Below are positions 16,411 to 27,139 of a stretch of 64,000 nt of DNA, piece by piece (positions within the stretch are counted from its first letter, which is position 1; each line of letters begins with the position of its first letter). Origin of the DNA: a virus (Duplodnaviria; Caudoviricetes); IMG/VR virus record IMGVR_UViG_3300033121_001287, positions 20,525 through 84,524 of that record; one strand, 5' to 3'. The notes under the pieces were generated by a model. That model was not told the DNA's origin, did no database searches, and worked only from the letters and a program-made list of their open reading frames with translations. The position numbers and the translations under genes were made by a program.

Positions 16411-19400
16411 ATGGACATCGGCTCACTGACAGGTCAGATCGCAATTGAAGATCAACTGACAGGAAAGCTGACGCAAATCACCTCCTCGGTGAAGCGCTTC
16501 GCAGAGAGCTTCGACGGTGCGCTTGGTGCAACTGCTATCGCGGCAGGTGCTATTGGCGCGGCCGTAACGGGGATTGCCATTAGCATCACATCGCTTGGTG
16601 AAAAGGGTTCTGTCATCCTCGGCGTCGAGGAGTCGTTTGATCGGCTGGCGCGCACTGCCGGTTCTACAGGCGAAGAGCTGATCAACGGACTCAGTCGTGG
16701 AGTCAAGGACACCGTCGATTCGATGGTGCTCATGGAATCCACGAACCGCCTCTTGTCTTCCGGAATGCAGTTGTCCGGTAAGGACATGGAACTCATGGGC
16801 GCCGTCGCTCGTGAGATGGGCAAGGCTACTGGTCAGGATGCAGCGGGCGGGCTGAATACCCTGAGTAGTGCCTTGCTCACCGGCAATACGCGCTCGTTGA
16901 AGCGCTTCGGCATTCAAGTCGATCTGGTGAAAGCCGAGAAAGAATTTGCGGCATCACTCGGCGCAACACGCAGTGAGTTGAGCTACGAAGGCAAGCTGCA
17001 GGCGGATCGTAACGCCATGTTGGCAGCTATGAAAACGAAGCTTGACACACTCGGCGTGTCCGAAGTCAGTTTCAAAGAGAAGATCATGCAAGGGAAGATT
17101 GCCATTGGCAATTGGACCGACTCCCTTGCAAAGGCCGTAGCCGCGTCTCCGCAAATCAACAAAGCACTGGACTCCATCAAGGCGGCGTTTGCTCGCGTCG
17201 TAGGCAGCGAGAGTCAGAAGGCTCTCGACTTCCTGATGACTTGGGCGAACCGCTTTGCTGATGGGGTATCGGAAGCAGCTCCAAAGATCGCGACGTTCAT
17301 CGAAGGAGTTAAGCAGAAGATCAGTGAAATCTGGAACTGGCTCGTCGACTTCAACGAGCGATGGCAGATCACTAACACGCTCGTTACGGTAGGAAAGAAG
17401 GCGTGGGATCTACTGCAGACGGCATTGCAGTTCGTTGGAACCGCTATCGAAGAAGTGAAGCGAGCGTGGGCTGAACTTCCGGAGTGGTTGCAGCGCTTGA
17501 CGCAGGGCGCTCTTGAATCGGCGATTGCCATTGGTACGTACACCATTGCGATCAACGCGGTAGCAACGCCGTTTGCGGCGCTGATGTCGAAGCTCGATCT
17601 TGGCATCAACGTTATCGGTAACTTGACCGGAGCCGTCTACAACCTCCAGAATCTCACTTGGCTGTGGCAAACGCCCATTGGGGCCGTCGCGAAGGCTTAC
17701 GGTACGCTTTCGACGGCGATTGCGACGAGCACTATCGCGCAGGTGGCAGCGACCACGGCTACGACGGCGATCACAAACGCCAAAGCGATCTGGTCGATTG
17801 TCACTATCGGCATTAGCGATGCTCTCGTCGCGCTCGGCACGCGTATTTGGGTTGTAACTGGCGCGCAAGCAGCGCAGGCGACGGCAACGAAGCTACTGGC
17901 TGGCGTGCAGGCTTTCATGCGCGGAGTGGTATTCGCGCTTTCACTGGATTACATGACGCTGACAACCGCTATCGGCGGCTCGACGTTCATGATGAACGCG
18001 CATCGGGTTGCGAGCATTGCTGCTGCAAGCGCTTCCGTCGCACTCGGCACCGCGTTGCTCGCGATCAAGTGGGTGTTGATTCCGTTGGCAGCGGCATGGG
18101 CCGCATGGGAATTTGGAAAGTGGCTCGGATCGTTTGCAAGCGTGCAGCGATCAGTCATCTGGTTGGCTGAAAAGCTGCACGTTATCTCGGCCGAAACCGC
18201 ACAGGCTCGTCGTGAGTTTCTCGGACTTGATCAAGCGGTGCAGGACTGGGGTGACAATACCGGTTACGTCAAGGTCACTCCGGAGATGCTCGACTTCCAA
18301 AACCGCATGACTCAGATCGGCAAAGAGGCCGGGAAAACCGGCGTCGATCTCGATAACTTCGTGACCGATGCTGTGCGGAAGGTGCATGAACTGAAGGACA
18401 ACGGCGCAACGGCCGTGTCCATCATGACCGAACAGTTGAAGCTGCTTTCGAAGGCTGGAGATAATGCGGGGTTGAAAAAGCTCGCAGAGGAAGCAGCCAA
18501 TTTGAAGGCACAAGGCGCGCAACTGACTCCGGAGCTTGACGCTCTCATCAAAAAGATGGGTGAAAAGCCTGGTGGTGGTGGTGGTGGCTGGCTGAAGACC
18601 GGTGCGGAGGATGCCGAGTCTTTCGCGCAGAAGGTTAAGGATCTTCGCAAGTCAATCGTCGATACAGTCGAACCGGTAAGAGTGTTCGCGGCGATGTTCG
18701 AAGGTCTTTCTGGATCGCAGCGTAGCAGTTGGGAGATTCAGCAGAAGATTGTCGGTGAGTTCGACAAGATGATCGCTGCTGGTCAGCTTCTAACTCCGCA
18801 GATGCAGGAGACCTACAACGCTTACACGGCCAACGTTCAAGCGATTCGTGCGGCTGCTGCAGCCTCGCTGACCGCTCAAAACGTTACGGCTGAAGAGGTT
18901 GCACTTCGTCAGAAGAACGGCGAATCACTCATTGCCATTGCTTACAGCTACGGTGTCACAACAGATAGCTTGAACGCTTACATCGAAACGGTGAAGCAGT
19001 CAGCCTCGGATGAAGAAACGGTGGCTGCTTCTCGCATGAGCGCATGGAAAGCATGGCACGATAAGCAGCAAGCGTTCTACGATCAAGGCGTCTCACTCGA
19101 AAACGAATACAAGCAGAAAATGGTGGCTTCGGCCGGTGAAACGGCCGCCACTCGCGTGGCCGCCATTCAGAAAACGCTGCAGGCCGAATTGGATCGGCTT
19201 GAGCAGTTCAAATTGATGGGCACGTACGAAGCGAGTGAGATCGACAAACAGATCAGTCTCCGTCGGAAGATGGCAAACGAAGAGATTGCCATTGCCAACG
19301 GCACCTCGCGCACCATCGAAACGCGCATGCGCGCTCAGGGCGTACTCACTCGCCGTGAGATGCAGCAGACGGCGCTCGACGCAATTCGTGATTACAGCCA

Positions 19401-21234
19401 AATGAAGGCAAGCGGGTTGTACTCCGCAGATCAAATCGAAGCTGCTTTCAAGCGGGCGCAAGAGGCGATGGATGCTGCGGCCCCGGCTGAGAAGTGGCGC
19501 AAGATCGCCGTCGAAGTCGCCGACGCCTTCGGCGATATGTTTGAGGGCATCAACAGCAACGTCGCGCAAGCTATTCACGTCTTTGCGCGAGGCTTGGAAG
19601 TCATGGTTGACAAATCCAAGTCTGGTGCTGCGCGCATTGCAGCCGCGTTCGGCACTGCGGCATCGGTGCTCAACTCACTGCTTGGTGATAATAAGGGTCG
19701 CAGAGGTAGCGCCGCAGTTAGCGGTCTGAGTGGCGCGGCTGCTGGCGTAGGTGCTGGCGCAGCCATTGGATCTATCGTACCCGGCATCGGCACGGTTACC
19801 GGCGCCGTCGTAGGTGGGATCGTTGGCGGCATCGGCGGTATGATTGGCGGTTGGAACTCCGGTGGGGCCGCGAAGGCCGCCGAGAACAACGACGCTACGA
19901 AGAAGATTCGTGAGTACCAAGCGGAGCTAGTCAAGACCTACGGATCGCTGCAGGCAATCGACCGATACGGTCAAATCCTCGGTGTGGATCTTGCAGCGGC
20001 TTGGGGCGATCAGTCGGTTGCCGGATTGGAACATTTCCAGCAGTTGATGGAGGAGTTCAAAGGTAGGATGGAAGGTTTGCAGTCAGCGCTGGAAACTTAC
20101 GGACTGACTTGGCGCGATCTCGGAAGTGAAATGCAGCAATTGTCATTTACCGAGACCGCACAGAACCTCATTCGCGATTTCAATCTCCTGACAAGAGCGG
20201 GTGCAGACTCGGATCTTGTGATTCGACGTATGGGTCCATCGCTGAGTCAGCTTGTGACTGATGCGGTGCAGACCGGCGTGAAGATTCCGCAGGCGTTGCA
20301 GCCGATTTTGGAAAAGCTGATCCGCATGGGCGGCCTGACAGACGAGGCTGCACGCGCGATGCTCGGGTTGACGCAGACGGCCGGGCCGTCGTTAGGTCAA
20401 GTTACAGAGGCTGCGGAGCGCTACGGACTGAAGCTGGATGATCTTGGTCCAAAAGTGCAGCAACTTCGTATCACTGAAACCGCGAACCAGATTGCAGCCG
20501 ACTTCAAAACGTTGACCGAAGCCGGGGTGCCCTTCGAAGCCCTGATGAAGGACACCACGAAGCGCGTCACTGATACCGGTGCGAGCTTCGACTCGATGTC
20601 AGCGCAGGCTCAGAAGTCTTATCTGGATGCTGGCGGCGTAATCACGACGGTGACTACCGGCATGCACCATGACATCCAAGACATGGTGACAAAGGCGCTC
20701 GCTTCTGGCGCTGAGTTGCCGCGCGCAATGCAACCGATCATTGAGCAACTGATTGCGGCCGGTGGGCCAAACGGGCTCGTCGATCAGTTTGGCAACGCAC
20801 TGACCGACGTTTCAAAGCTGAATTTTGCGGCTGACTTGTCGGGCATGTTCGAAGACCTGATTACGAAGCTCGACGAGTTGATCGACAAGATCGGTAACGG
20901 CATCGGCGGCGCAGCAGACCGAGCAAGCAATCACACCATCGTAATCCCTTGGAAATACGAGCAGCAAGGTGGCGACGGTGGTCCCGATGCTACCGGTCGC
21001 GCCGGTGGTGGTGTGATTTACGCATCCGGTGGATTCCGAGTGCGAGGAACCGATACGGTTCCGGCCATGCTGACGCCCGGCGAACGCGTGTTGACCGTCG
21101 CCGAGAATCGTGAGTACGAACGCGGAGGCGGTCAGGAGTTTGTGATGGCTCCGGTCATCATGGAAGGCATCAAGGTCGCAGAGGCGATGGTGATCACGAA
21201 GCGTAGGCACGGTCTCGGAAGGGGCCGCCGCTAA
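16411..21234 (+). CDS. Tape measure protein
   Basis: 1607 aa, Ala-rich helical, hydrophobic stretches, C-terminal GTDTVPAMLTPGERV motif. Confidence 0.9.
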   Translation: MDIGSLTGQIAIEDQLTGKLTQITSSVKRFAESFDGALGATAIAAGAIGAAVTGIAISITSLGEKGSVILGVEESFDRLARTAGSTGEELINGLSRGVKDTVDSMVLMESTNRLLSSGMQLSGKDMELMGAVAREMGKATGQDAAGGLNTLSSALLTGNTRSLKRFGIQVDLVKAEKEFAASLGATRSELSYEGKLQADRNAMLAAMKTKLDTLGVSEVSFKEKIMQGKIAIGNWTDSLAKAVAASPQINKALDSIKAAFARVVGSESQKALDFLMTWANRFADGVSEAAPKIATFIEGVKQKISEIWNWLVDFNERWQITNTLVTVGKKAWDLLQTALQFVGTAIEEVKRAWAELPEWLQRLTQGALESAIAIGTYTIAINAVATPFAALMSKLDLGINVIGNLTGAVYNLQNLTWLWQTPIGAVAKAYGTLSTAIATSTIAQVAATTATTAITNAKAIWSIVTIGISDALVALGTRIWVVTGAQAAQATATKLLAGVQAFMRGVVFALSLDYMTLTTAIGGSTFMMNAHRVASIAAASASVALGTALLAIKWVLIPLAAAWAAWEFGKWLGSFASVQRSVIWLAEKLHVISAETAQARREFLGLDQAVQDWGDNTGYVKVTPEMLDFQNRMTQIGKEAGKTGVDLDNFVTDAVRKVHELKDNGATAVSIMTEQLKLLSKAGDNAGLKKLAEEAANLKAQGAQLTPELDALIKKMGEKPGGGGGGWLKTGAEDAESFAQKVKDLRKSIVDTVEPVRVFAAMFEGLSGSQRSSWEIQQKIVGEFDKMIAAGQLLTPQMQETYNAYTANVQAIRAAAAASLTAQNVTAEEVALRQKNGESLIAIAYSYGVTTDSLNAYIETVKQSASDEETVAASRMSAWKAWHDKQQAFYDQGVSLENEYKQKMVASAGETAATRVAAIQKTLQAELDRLEQFKLMGTYEASEIDKQISLRRKMANEEIAIANGTSRTIETRMRAQGVLTRREMQQTALDAIRDYSQMKASGLYSADQIEAAFKRAQEAMDAAAPAEKWRKIAVEVADAFGDMFEGINSNVAQAIHVFARGLEVMVDKSKSGAARIAAAFGTAASVLNSLLGDNKGRRGSAAVSGLSGAAAGVGAGAAIGSIVPGIGTVTGAVVGGIVGGIGGMIGGWNSGGAAKAAENNDATKKIREYQAELVKTYGSLQAIDRYGQILGVDLAAAWGDQSVAGLEHFQQLMEEFKGRMEGLQSALETYGLTWRDLGSEMQQLSFTETAQNLIRDFNLLTRAGADSDLVIRRMGPSLSQLVTDAVQTGVKIPQALQPILEKLIRMGGLTDEAARAMLGLTQTAGPSLGQVTEAAERYGLKLDDLGPKVQQLRITETANQIAADFKTLTEAGVPFEALMKDTTKRVTDTGASFDSMSAQAQKSYLDAGGVITTVTTGMHHDIQDMVTKALASGAELPRAMQPIIEQLIAAGGPNGLVDQFGNALTDVSKLNFAADLSGMFEDLITKLDELIDKIGNGIGGAADRASNHTIVIPWKYEQQGGDGGPDATGRAGGGVIYASGGFRVRGTDTVPAMLTPGERVLTVAENREYERGGGQEFVMAPVIMEGIKVAEAMVITKRRHGLGRGRR

Positions 21235-23141
21235 TGCCGACGCGCACGCTGACCATCAATGGCGCGACAAAACAAATTCTGCCCGGTTGGACGATCAATG
21301 AATCGATCAACAACCGGTCAGTTTTTTCATTTCAGTTGGTCGCCGATACTATCGCGAGCATGCCCGCGCTCGGCGACGAGGTCGTCTTCATTGAAAGCCT
21401 CGAACGCATCTTCGGCGGGAACATCGACACGCCGGTAGCGACGGGCGTCAGTAGTGAGCCATCGACGAAGGTCATCGCGCAGATCTCCTGCACGGACTAC
21501 AACGCGCTCGCCGATACCCGATTCGTATTGCTCGACTTGGATTCGGCAACCCTCAAGAGCGTGCTGCAAAGCGCGGAGGCTGCCGGTTTCTTTCCGGCCG
21601 GTGTGACGCTCGATGCGGCGCAAGTCACCGGGCCGACGCTGCCGAATTTATCATTCAGAGACTACGAAGATCGATGCATGCTGTCGAACTTCCTGAATGA
21701 GATTTGCGCGCTCGATCCGACCTATAAGTACATCTGGAACATCGACTACAATAAGAAGCTGAAGGTCTTCCTTCCATCGACGAACCCTGCGCCATTCGAC
21801 ATGATCGACGGCGACCAGCGGATCATTGGCGACCTTCGCGTCGAGCCATCCAGCCTGAACTACGCGAACCGCATCATTCTGCTCTTCGACGCTATCGACG
21901 CCCCCGTCGCTGCTTGGGGCTTCCTGCAAGTCACCACGAACTTTGTGGACGGTGATAAAGTCAAGCTCGGATCGACGACTTACACCTTTAAGAACTCAGT
22001 CGGTACCACCGCAAACCAAGTCAAGGTTGGTGTCGACTCAGAAACTAGCCTGCAGAATCTCGTAGCCGCGATCAATCTCGGTGCTGGTAGTGGGACGCTT
22101 TACGGTTCAGACACCGAGTTGAACGATTCGGCTTACACCTACATGGGTGCTATCGGAGCTACGGACGCGAACATCGCGGCCAAGGCCCATGAGCCCGGTG
22201 CTGCCGGAAACTCCATCGCTGTTGAGTCGGTGCATTCGGATAACTCACCGAACACCGGTGCAAAGTGGTTGTGGGAAGGCGGCCTTGATCTTACGACGCT
22301 ACAAGGTGGCAATGATGAGCGCACGCTGATTCGGTACGTTGACTCGCGTCACTCCTCGTTTGCTACAAACCCCGTCGAACGCACGATCAAGATCCCCGGA
22401 TTGACCGACCCCGTAGTCGCACAGAAGTTGTGCGATAACGCCCTGACATTGGCGTTGAACGTCCCGAAGAAGGTCAATTACACCACGATCATGACCGGCT
22501 TGCATCCCGGTCAGGTGCAAACGATTCAGTACGCGAAGCGCGGTATCAACGGGCAGTACTTGATCACCGATGTTACCAAGCGCAGTCGTGACGCCGGTGA
22601 AAGCGCGAACGTTGTCATTCATGAAGTCACCGCCATCGAAGGTACGGTTTTCAGCGATGATTGGCGGCAGTCGTCGATGTTTGGCGGGGCAGGAGACGCC
22701 ACGGTAAGCGGCGCACTGACTATCGTCAATAACACATCGTCCGGCGGCGGCGGCACCGGAGGATCCGGGGTTGCCATTGTGGAACTTGGGGGTAGCCGTC
22801 TTTACGGGTACACCAGTAACGTCTGGCGTGACGCGCCTGAGTTCAACGACAAGATTCTCAATGTATCCGCCGTCGGACGATTTCGTTGTCATCAGAAGAC
22901 AAACGATGCGGGCACAAGCGTACAGACTCGCGTCGTAGCCGTCGATAGCGCTGGAGCGGTCATCGCGCAATGCGCGATCTCACCTGCTTCGACGAACACG
23001 GGATGGGGCTACGGCGAAGCGGGTCATTACGTGGACGTGGAATTCACTCCCATTGCAGGCGTGAACGCATATCGACTGCAAATCAAGGGTTCAAACGCAG
23101 CGGCAACAGTGTGGGTCGCAGGAGCCTACTTGTCATGGTAA
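21234..23141 (+). CDS. Tail tip / baseplate hub-like protein
   Basis: Follows the TMP; WTINESINNRS, YANRIIL, GLHPGQVQTI...GQYLITDV. Confidence 0.65.
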   Translation: MPTRTLTINGATKQILPGWTINESINNRSVFSFQLVADTIASMPALGDEVVFIESLERIFGGNIDTPVATGVSSEPSTKVIAQISCTDYNALADTRFVLLDLDSATLKSVLQSAEAAGFFPAGVTLDAAQVTGPTLPNLSFRDYEDRCMLSNFLNEICALDPTYKYIWNIDYNKKLKVFLPSTNPAPFDMIDGDQRIIGDLRVEPSSLNYANRIILLFDAIDAPVAAWGFLQVTTNFVDGDKVKLGSTTYTFKNSVGTTANQVKVGVDSETSLQNLVAAINLGAGSGTLYGSDTELNDSAYTYMGAIGATDANIAAKAHEPGAAGNSIAVESVHSDNSPNTGAKWLWEGGLDLTTLQGGNDERTLIRYVDSRHSSFATNPVERTIKIPGLTDPVVAQKLCDNALTLALNVPKKVNYTTIMTGLHPGQVQTIQYAKRGINGQYLITDVTKRSRDAGESANVVIHEVTAIEGTVFSDDWRQSSMFGGAGDATVSGALTIVNNTSSGGGGTGGSGVAIVELGGSRLYGYTSNVWRDAPEFNDKILNVSAVGRFRCHQKTNDAGTSVQTRVVAVDSAGAVIAQCAISPASTNTGWGYGEAGHYVDVEFTPIAGVNAYRLQIKGSNAAATVWVAGAYLSW

Positions 23142-26100
23142 AAAGAGCGCTGATCGCGTTGCTGATGCTGGTGTGCTTCTATTCATCGGCTGCTGCACAA
23201 GACATCGTTGGACAGAAGTTGACGCTATTGTCACTCGCATCTCGGGCTTCGGAAACCGAGTGCCTCTGGATCAACAGTAGCACCGGCGTCGTGGTCAAAG
23301 GCGCATGCCCGGCAGGCGATATCACCGGCGTATCCTTCACACTACCCTCGATTTTTGATGCGGTATCGGCTTGTACCACTGGTGATTGTGCCTTCACGTT
23401 TGTGCTCGCATCCCAGTCGGCCAACACGATTTTCGCGCGTTCAACCGGGGCAGGCCTGCCATCGTTTCAGTCAATGACAAAAGCGATGACACCGGCTACG
23501 ACGGTGCATACGGATCAAACAAATACGTATGGTGCATTCCTGCAAACCTTCGGTGGTGGGTTGACGGTAAGCAGCGGCACCACGACGACGCAGGCCCTGT
23601 CATCGACGACGGGTACGTTTAGTAGTACGCTTGCCGTGACAAGCACTGCGGATCTTAAGGGCAATATCAGTGATAGTACCGGCAATCTTACATTCAACGA
23701 CTCGGCTGATATCCTTGACAATCTCAATCTTGGATCGGCCGCCGGTGAGTACGTAAGAAGCGCAAACTACGTATCGCGCACAACTGGTTGGCAAGCCGAC
23801 TACGGAGGTAACGCGGATTTTCGCGATCTCTTTTCCGATCAGTTGAAGGTAAAGCTTTTCACCGTCGAACAGACGCAGGCGGTGAATGGGTCCATGCAGT
23901 GGACAAAATCGGTAACAGAACTTGCTGGCGAATCTACCGTAGCTGGCGCGGTAACCTGTCCGACGCTTGGTGCTGCTGAGACCTATTGGTTCCGTGACTT
24001 TCCAAACGCGGCTAATATTCGGGTGTTTCAGGCGAACGACTACGTTTCCATTCGTACCCTTTCATGGGCAGATAGTGGGACGGATGGCGCCGCCGAATTG
24101 AACGTGAGTGACTGCATCGGCGTCGTAACTGCCTACGCGGATGGTACGGCTGGCAACGACGGTTATCAGTCTTGGACTTTTACACGACCGGCCGGTGCGA
24201 ACGGTGGTTCAATGGCGGGAGGCACAAGCATCCCGTTGAAGGTGCAAGCGTTGAACTACGGTGTTACGGCCGATGGCGTGCTTGAAGCCACAGTGACGGA
24301 TGGGTCGAACAACGTCAACGCTCCGTACTTCGGAGTGAAAAAGTGGACGACCTCGCCTATTGCGGCAAACTTCACAGCTCTTGCTCGATTCGGTCAGCTT
24401 CGCGGTATCACAGGCACCGACGAGTACGGGATCTTTGCGGGTCCATCTTACAACGCAGTCAACGGGCAGTTTTTCCGTGCTTCTGATCAGAACTTTGATC
24501 TGCACGGCATTGACTTCAGTTTGTGGGATGCCGATAGCGCCAACATTATTATGCGCCGTAACAGCGGCAACCCGTACTTTGCCGTCGGCAACCCGGCCCC
24601 AACCACCTACGCTTCTGGTGAGGGCATCTGGCAAGGGAGCGATAGCGGTACCTACAAGTTCCGCATCGGAAACCCCGGTGGGAATCTGCTCGCTTACGAT
24701 AGCGGAACTGACATCTTGAGTGTGACTGGATCGATTACGGCTGGATCGGGCGCAATTGGTGGCTGGTCGATTGGAACGTCGGCACTCACTTCGGGCAGCG
24801 GGGCCACAACGGTGGGATTGGATTCAGGCGGAACGAATCCCGCTATCTACGCCGGTAGCGCAACGCCGGGAAGCGCACCGTTTAGAGTGACAAACGCTGG
24901 TGCAGTGACGGCAACGAACGCAACGGTCACCGGATCGATCCAGACGACGGCGAACTGCGGATCGGCTTCGACGTGGTGCGGCATCTTCGACTCGAACGGG
25001 CTGAAGTGGTACGACTCCAACAACGTGCTGCGCGTGCAGTTGTCGAGCACGTGGAAGGGAGTGGCCGTCCAGTCGAGCACGTTCAGTGACATCTACGATA
25101 AGGAAGGCAATTTCGAGTTCATGGGACCGTCGGGTTCCGTTGGAATCTTTGGCACGACGGCATTCGAAAACGCGGCACACACCGTCAAGCACGTGAAGTT
25201 GACAACGAGGAACGCCTACGCAACGGGCGCATCGACGAAGGCGGCGTACTTGCACATCACCGCAGAGGGCACGAACACCTCGAACGCGACCGACAGTGAA
25301 ACGGCAGGCGGCGCGCGGATCGAGCTGTACTCAGCAGGCCCAAGCGCCACGCAGACAATCACGGCAACGGCGGCGACGTCCATTGCAGCCGTGACTCCAA
25401 TCATGGAGGTCGTGCAGGATGCCGCGTCAGCGAACTTACAGGCGACAACCTACATCGGTGCCGGATCCGGACTCGTTGGCGTGTTGAAATCACGCACGGC
25501 TCATGGAACATCCGGATCACCAACACAGATGCTGTCCGGTGAGCGGTACGGCCTCGTCGCCTTCGAAGGCTACGCAACGACGACGGGTTTCGTCGCTAGC
25601 AGCGTAATTAACGCGTACGCGACGGAAAATCACACGAGCACGGCGCGAGGATCCTACATTTCCATTGGTACGACCCATGCAGGTACGACGACGCGTGCAG
25701 ACCGAGTGAAGATCAGTTCCACTGGTGGGGGCTCCCCAACGCTTGATACGCTCGCAGGCGCATGGGGCACGGGCGCATCAGCCTACGGATCCTTCATCGG
25801 ATCGGGGAATAATTCCTCAGGTAACGGCGCTGCCGGGAACCTTTCGATGTATCGCCGTAGCGGCACCATCGACTACGTGTGGTCAGACAACGCCGGGAAC
25901 CTGCGGATCAACTCCGCGCCGCCGTCCGAATCGCTCGGGTCGCCCAACTACGATACGACCACTGGTACGGTCGTCGGCACACAGACCTCGTCGCGTCGAT
26001 TTAAGAACGTGCTACATGAGCGTACTGACTACGAAGCCATGCGAAACGTTGTGTTGTTCGCACCGGTATGGGATTTCACTTACAAGTCCGGCGCGTTTGG

Positions 26101-26284
26101 TGGGGAAACATTCACCGGTATTACCTGCGAGGATACACCTGAATTCTGCATGGATGGTGGTAAAAGCCTCAACCCGGCAAACGCTATCGGGTACCTGATA
26201 GGTACGATTAAGGCGCAGCAAACTGAAATCGACGATCTAAAGACACGTCTCGCTCGTCTCGAAGCTCTTCTCGGCGGCCGGTAA
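23135..26284 (+). CDS. Tail fibre/spike with C-terminal peptidase S74 intramolecular chaperone and apparent N-terminal signal peptide
   Basis: TSSRRFKN...WDFTYK...IKAQQTEIDDLKTRLARLE. The ATG at 23135 overlaps the upstream stop and gives MVKRALIALLMLVCFYSSAAAQD. Confidence 0.8.
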   Translation: MVKRALIALLMLVCFYSSAAAQDIVGQKLTLLSLASRASETECLWINSSTGVVVKGACPAGDITGVSFTLPSIFDAVSACTTGDCAFTFVLASQSANTIFARSTGAGLPSFQSMTKAMTPATTVHTDQTNTYGAFLQTFGGGLTVSSGTTTTQALSSTTGTFSSTLAVTSTADLKGNISDSTGNLTFNDSADILDNLNLGSAAGEYVRSANYVSRTTGWQADYGGNADFRDLFSDQLKVKLFTVEQTQAVNGSMQWTKSVTELAGESTVAGAVTCPTLGAAETYWFRDFPNAANIRVFQANDYVSIRTLSWADSGTDGAAELNVSDCIGVVTAYADGTAGNDGYQSWTFTRPAGANGGSMAGGTSIPLKVQALNYGVTADGVLEATVTDGSNNVNAPYFGVKKWTTSPIAANFTALARFGQLRGITGTDEYGIFAGPSYNAVNGQFFRASDQNFDLHGIDFSLWDADSANIIMRRNSGNPYFAVGNPAPTTYASGEGIWQGSDSGTYKFRIGNPGGNLLAYDSGTDILSVTGSITAGSGAIGGWSIGTSALTSGSGATTVGLDSGGTNPAIYAGSATPGSAPFRVTNAGAVTATNATVTGSIQTTANCGSASTWCGIFDSNGLKWYDSNNVLRVQLSSTWKGVAVQSSTFSDIYDKEGNFEFMGPSGSVGIFGTTAFENAAHTVKHVKLTTRNAYATGASTKAAYLHITAEGTNTSNATDSETAGGARIELYSAGPSATQTITATAATSIAAVTPIMEVVQDAASANLQATTYIGAGSGLVGVLKSRTAHGTSGSPTQMLSGERYGLVAFEGYATTTGFVASSVINAYATENHTSTARGSYISIGTTHAGTTTRADRVKISSTGGGSPTLDTLAGAWGTGASAYGSFIGSGNNSSGNGAAGNLSMYRRSGTIDYVWSDNAGNLRINSAPPSESLGSPNYDTTTGTVVGTQTSSRRFKNVLHERTDYEAMRNVVLFAPVWDFTYKSGAFGGETFTGITCEDTPEFCMDGGKSLNPANAIGYLIGTIKAQQTEIDDLKTRLARLEALLGGR

Positions 26285-26314
26285 CTTGCGCGTCTTCGAA
26301 AGGAAGCGTGCGCC

Positions 26315-26666
26315 ATGACTCTCATTGATCGACGATCAGGCGCAGACCGTCGATCTACACCCCCCCGGAGCCGACGTGCCTGAAAACGAATCCCTCAAGG
26401 TTGCGATTGCCACTCTGGCGGCGCAACTGCCATTCATAAGCACAGAACTTTCGAACCTAAGATCCGATGTTCAGTCTGTAAGGGATGCGGTGAATGCCGT
26501 GCCTGACCTTATCGATGAACGACTCGAGAAAGCGCTGAAGAACCACGTCCGCGTCGAGGAGTTTGCTCCCATCCGCGACACTGTCAACAACGCGATCAAG
26601 CTCGTGCTGGCAGCGGTGCTAGCCTCAATCCTCGGCTTGGTCATTCTGAAAACAAGGACGCCATGA
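26315..26666 (+). CDS. Holin-like / coiled-coil membrane protein, frame-interrupted at a C7 run
   Basis: C-terminal TM segment IKLVLAAVLASILGLVIL. The RBS-led ATG at 26315 is out of frame with the body (26325-26666) across C7 at 26360-26366. Confidence 0.5.
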
Positions 26667-27139
26667 CTACCCCCGTCATTTGGCCGTACCGACTCGCGAT
26701 GGCAGTGATTTGGGTTGGGCTCGTGATCTTTCTCACGACGGTGGGCTACATCGTGTGGCCCTCTCGCCCAATCTACGTGAGTGAACCGATCCCTATCGAG
26801 AACAAGAACAAGCAGGTTGAAGCGGGAGATATTCTCTATCTTGTCATGGCTTACAATAAGCCATTCGACAACGAGACCTTTATCGGTGTCATGGTGGCCA
26901 GTCGCGGCACGATATGGCTTCTTCCGGTCACCCTTGCGGCGCTGCCTCCGAACTCCGAAGACGAGCGAGGGCATGTCATACGAATACCGGTTCCTATTCC
27001 GCACGAAGTAACTCCGGGGCAGTACGTTGCCGTGCTATCGATTGTGCATCCGGTACGGCTCCCACTTCCCACTCTTTTTCATAACGCGGTGCGAGCGCAT
27101 AGCGAGCCATTCACCGTCGTAGCGGCGAAAACACCATGA
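26663..27139 (+). CDS. Membrane-anchored protein with beta-rich exported domain
   Basis: N-terminal TM AVIWVGLVIFLTTVGYIVW. Confidence 0.6.
   Translation: MTTPVIWPYRLAMAVIWVGLVIFLTTVGYIVWPSRPIYVSEPIPIENKNKQVEAGDILYLVMAYNKPFDNETFIGVMVASRGTIWLLPVTLAALPPNSEDERGHVIRIPVPIPHEVTPGQYVAVLSIVHPVRLPLPTLFHNAVRAHSEPFTVVAAKTP

Noticed and set aside
19640-19870. Glycine-zipper segment in the tape measure protein as a separate pore-forming toxin
   Set aside because: Such hydrophobic GxxxG stretches are ordinary in TMPs and are in-frame with the rest of the protein.
22970-23134. ORF-track N-terminal extensions (22970, 5053, 28555, 49686-51443 and others)
   Set aside because: They overlap upstream genes and lack an RBS; downstream coupled ATG/GTG starts are better supported.
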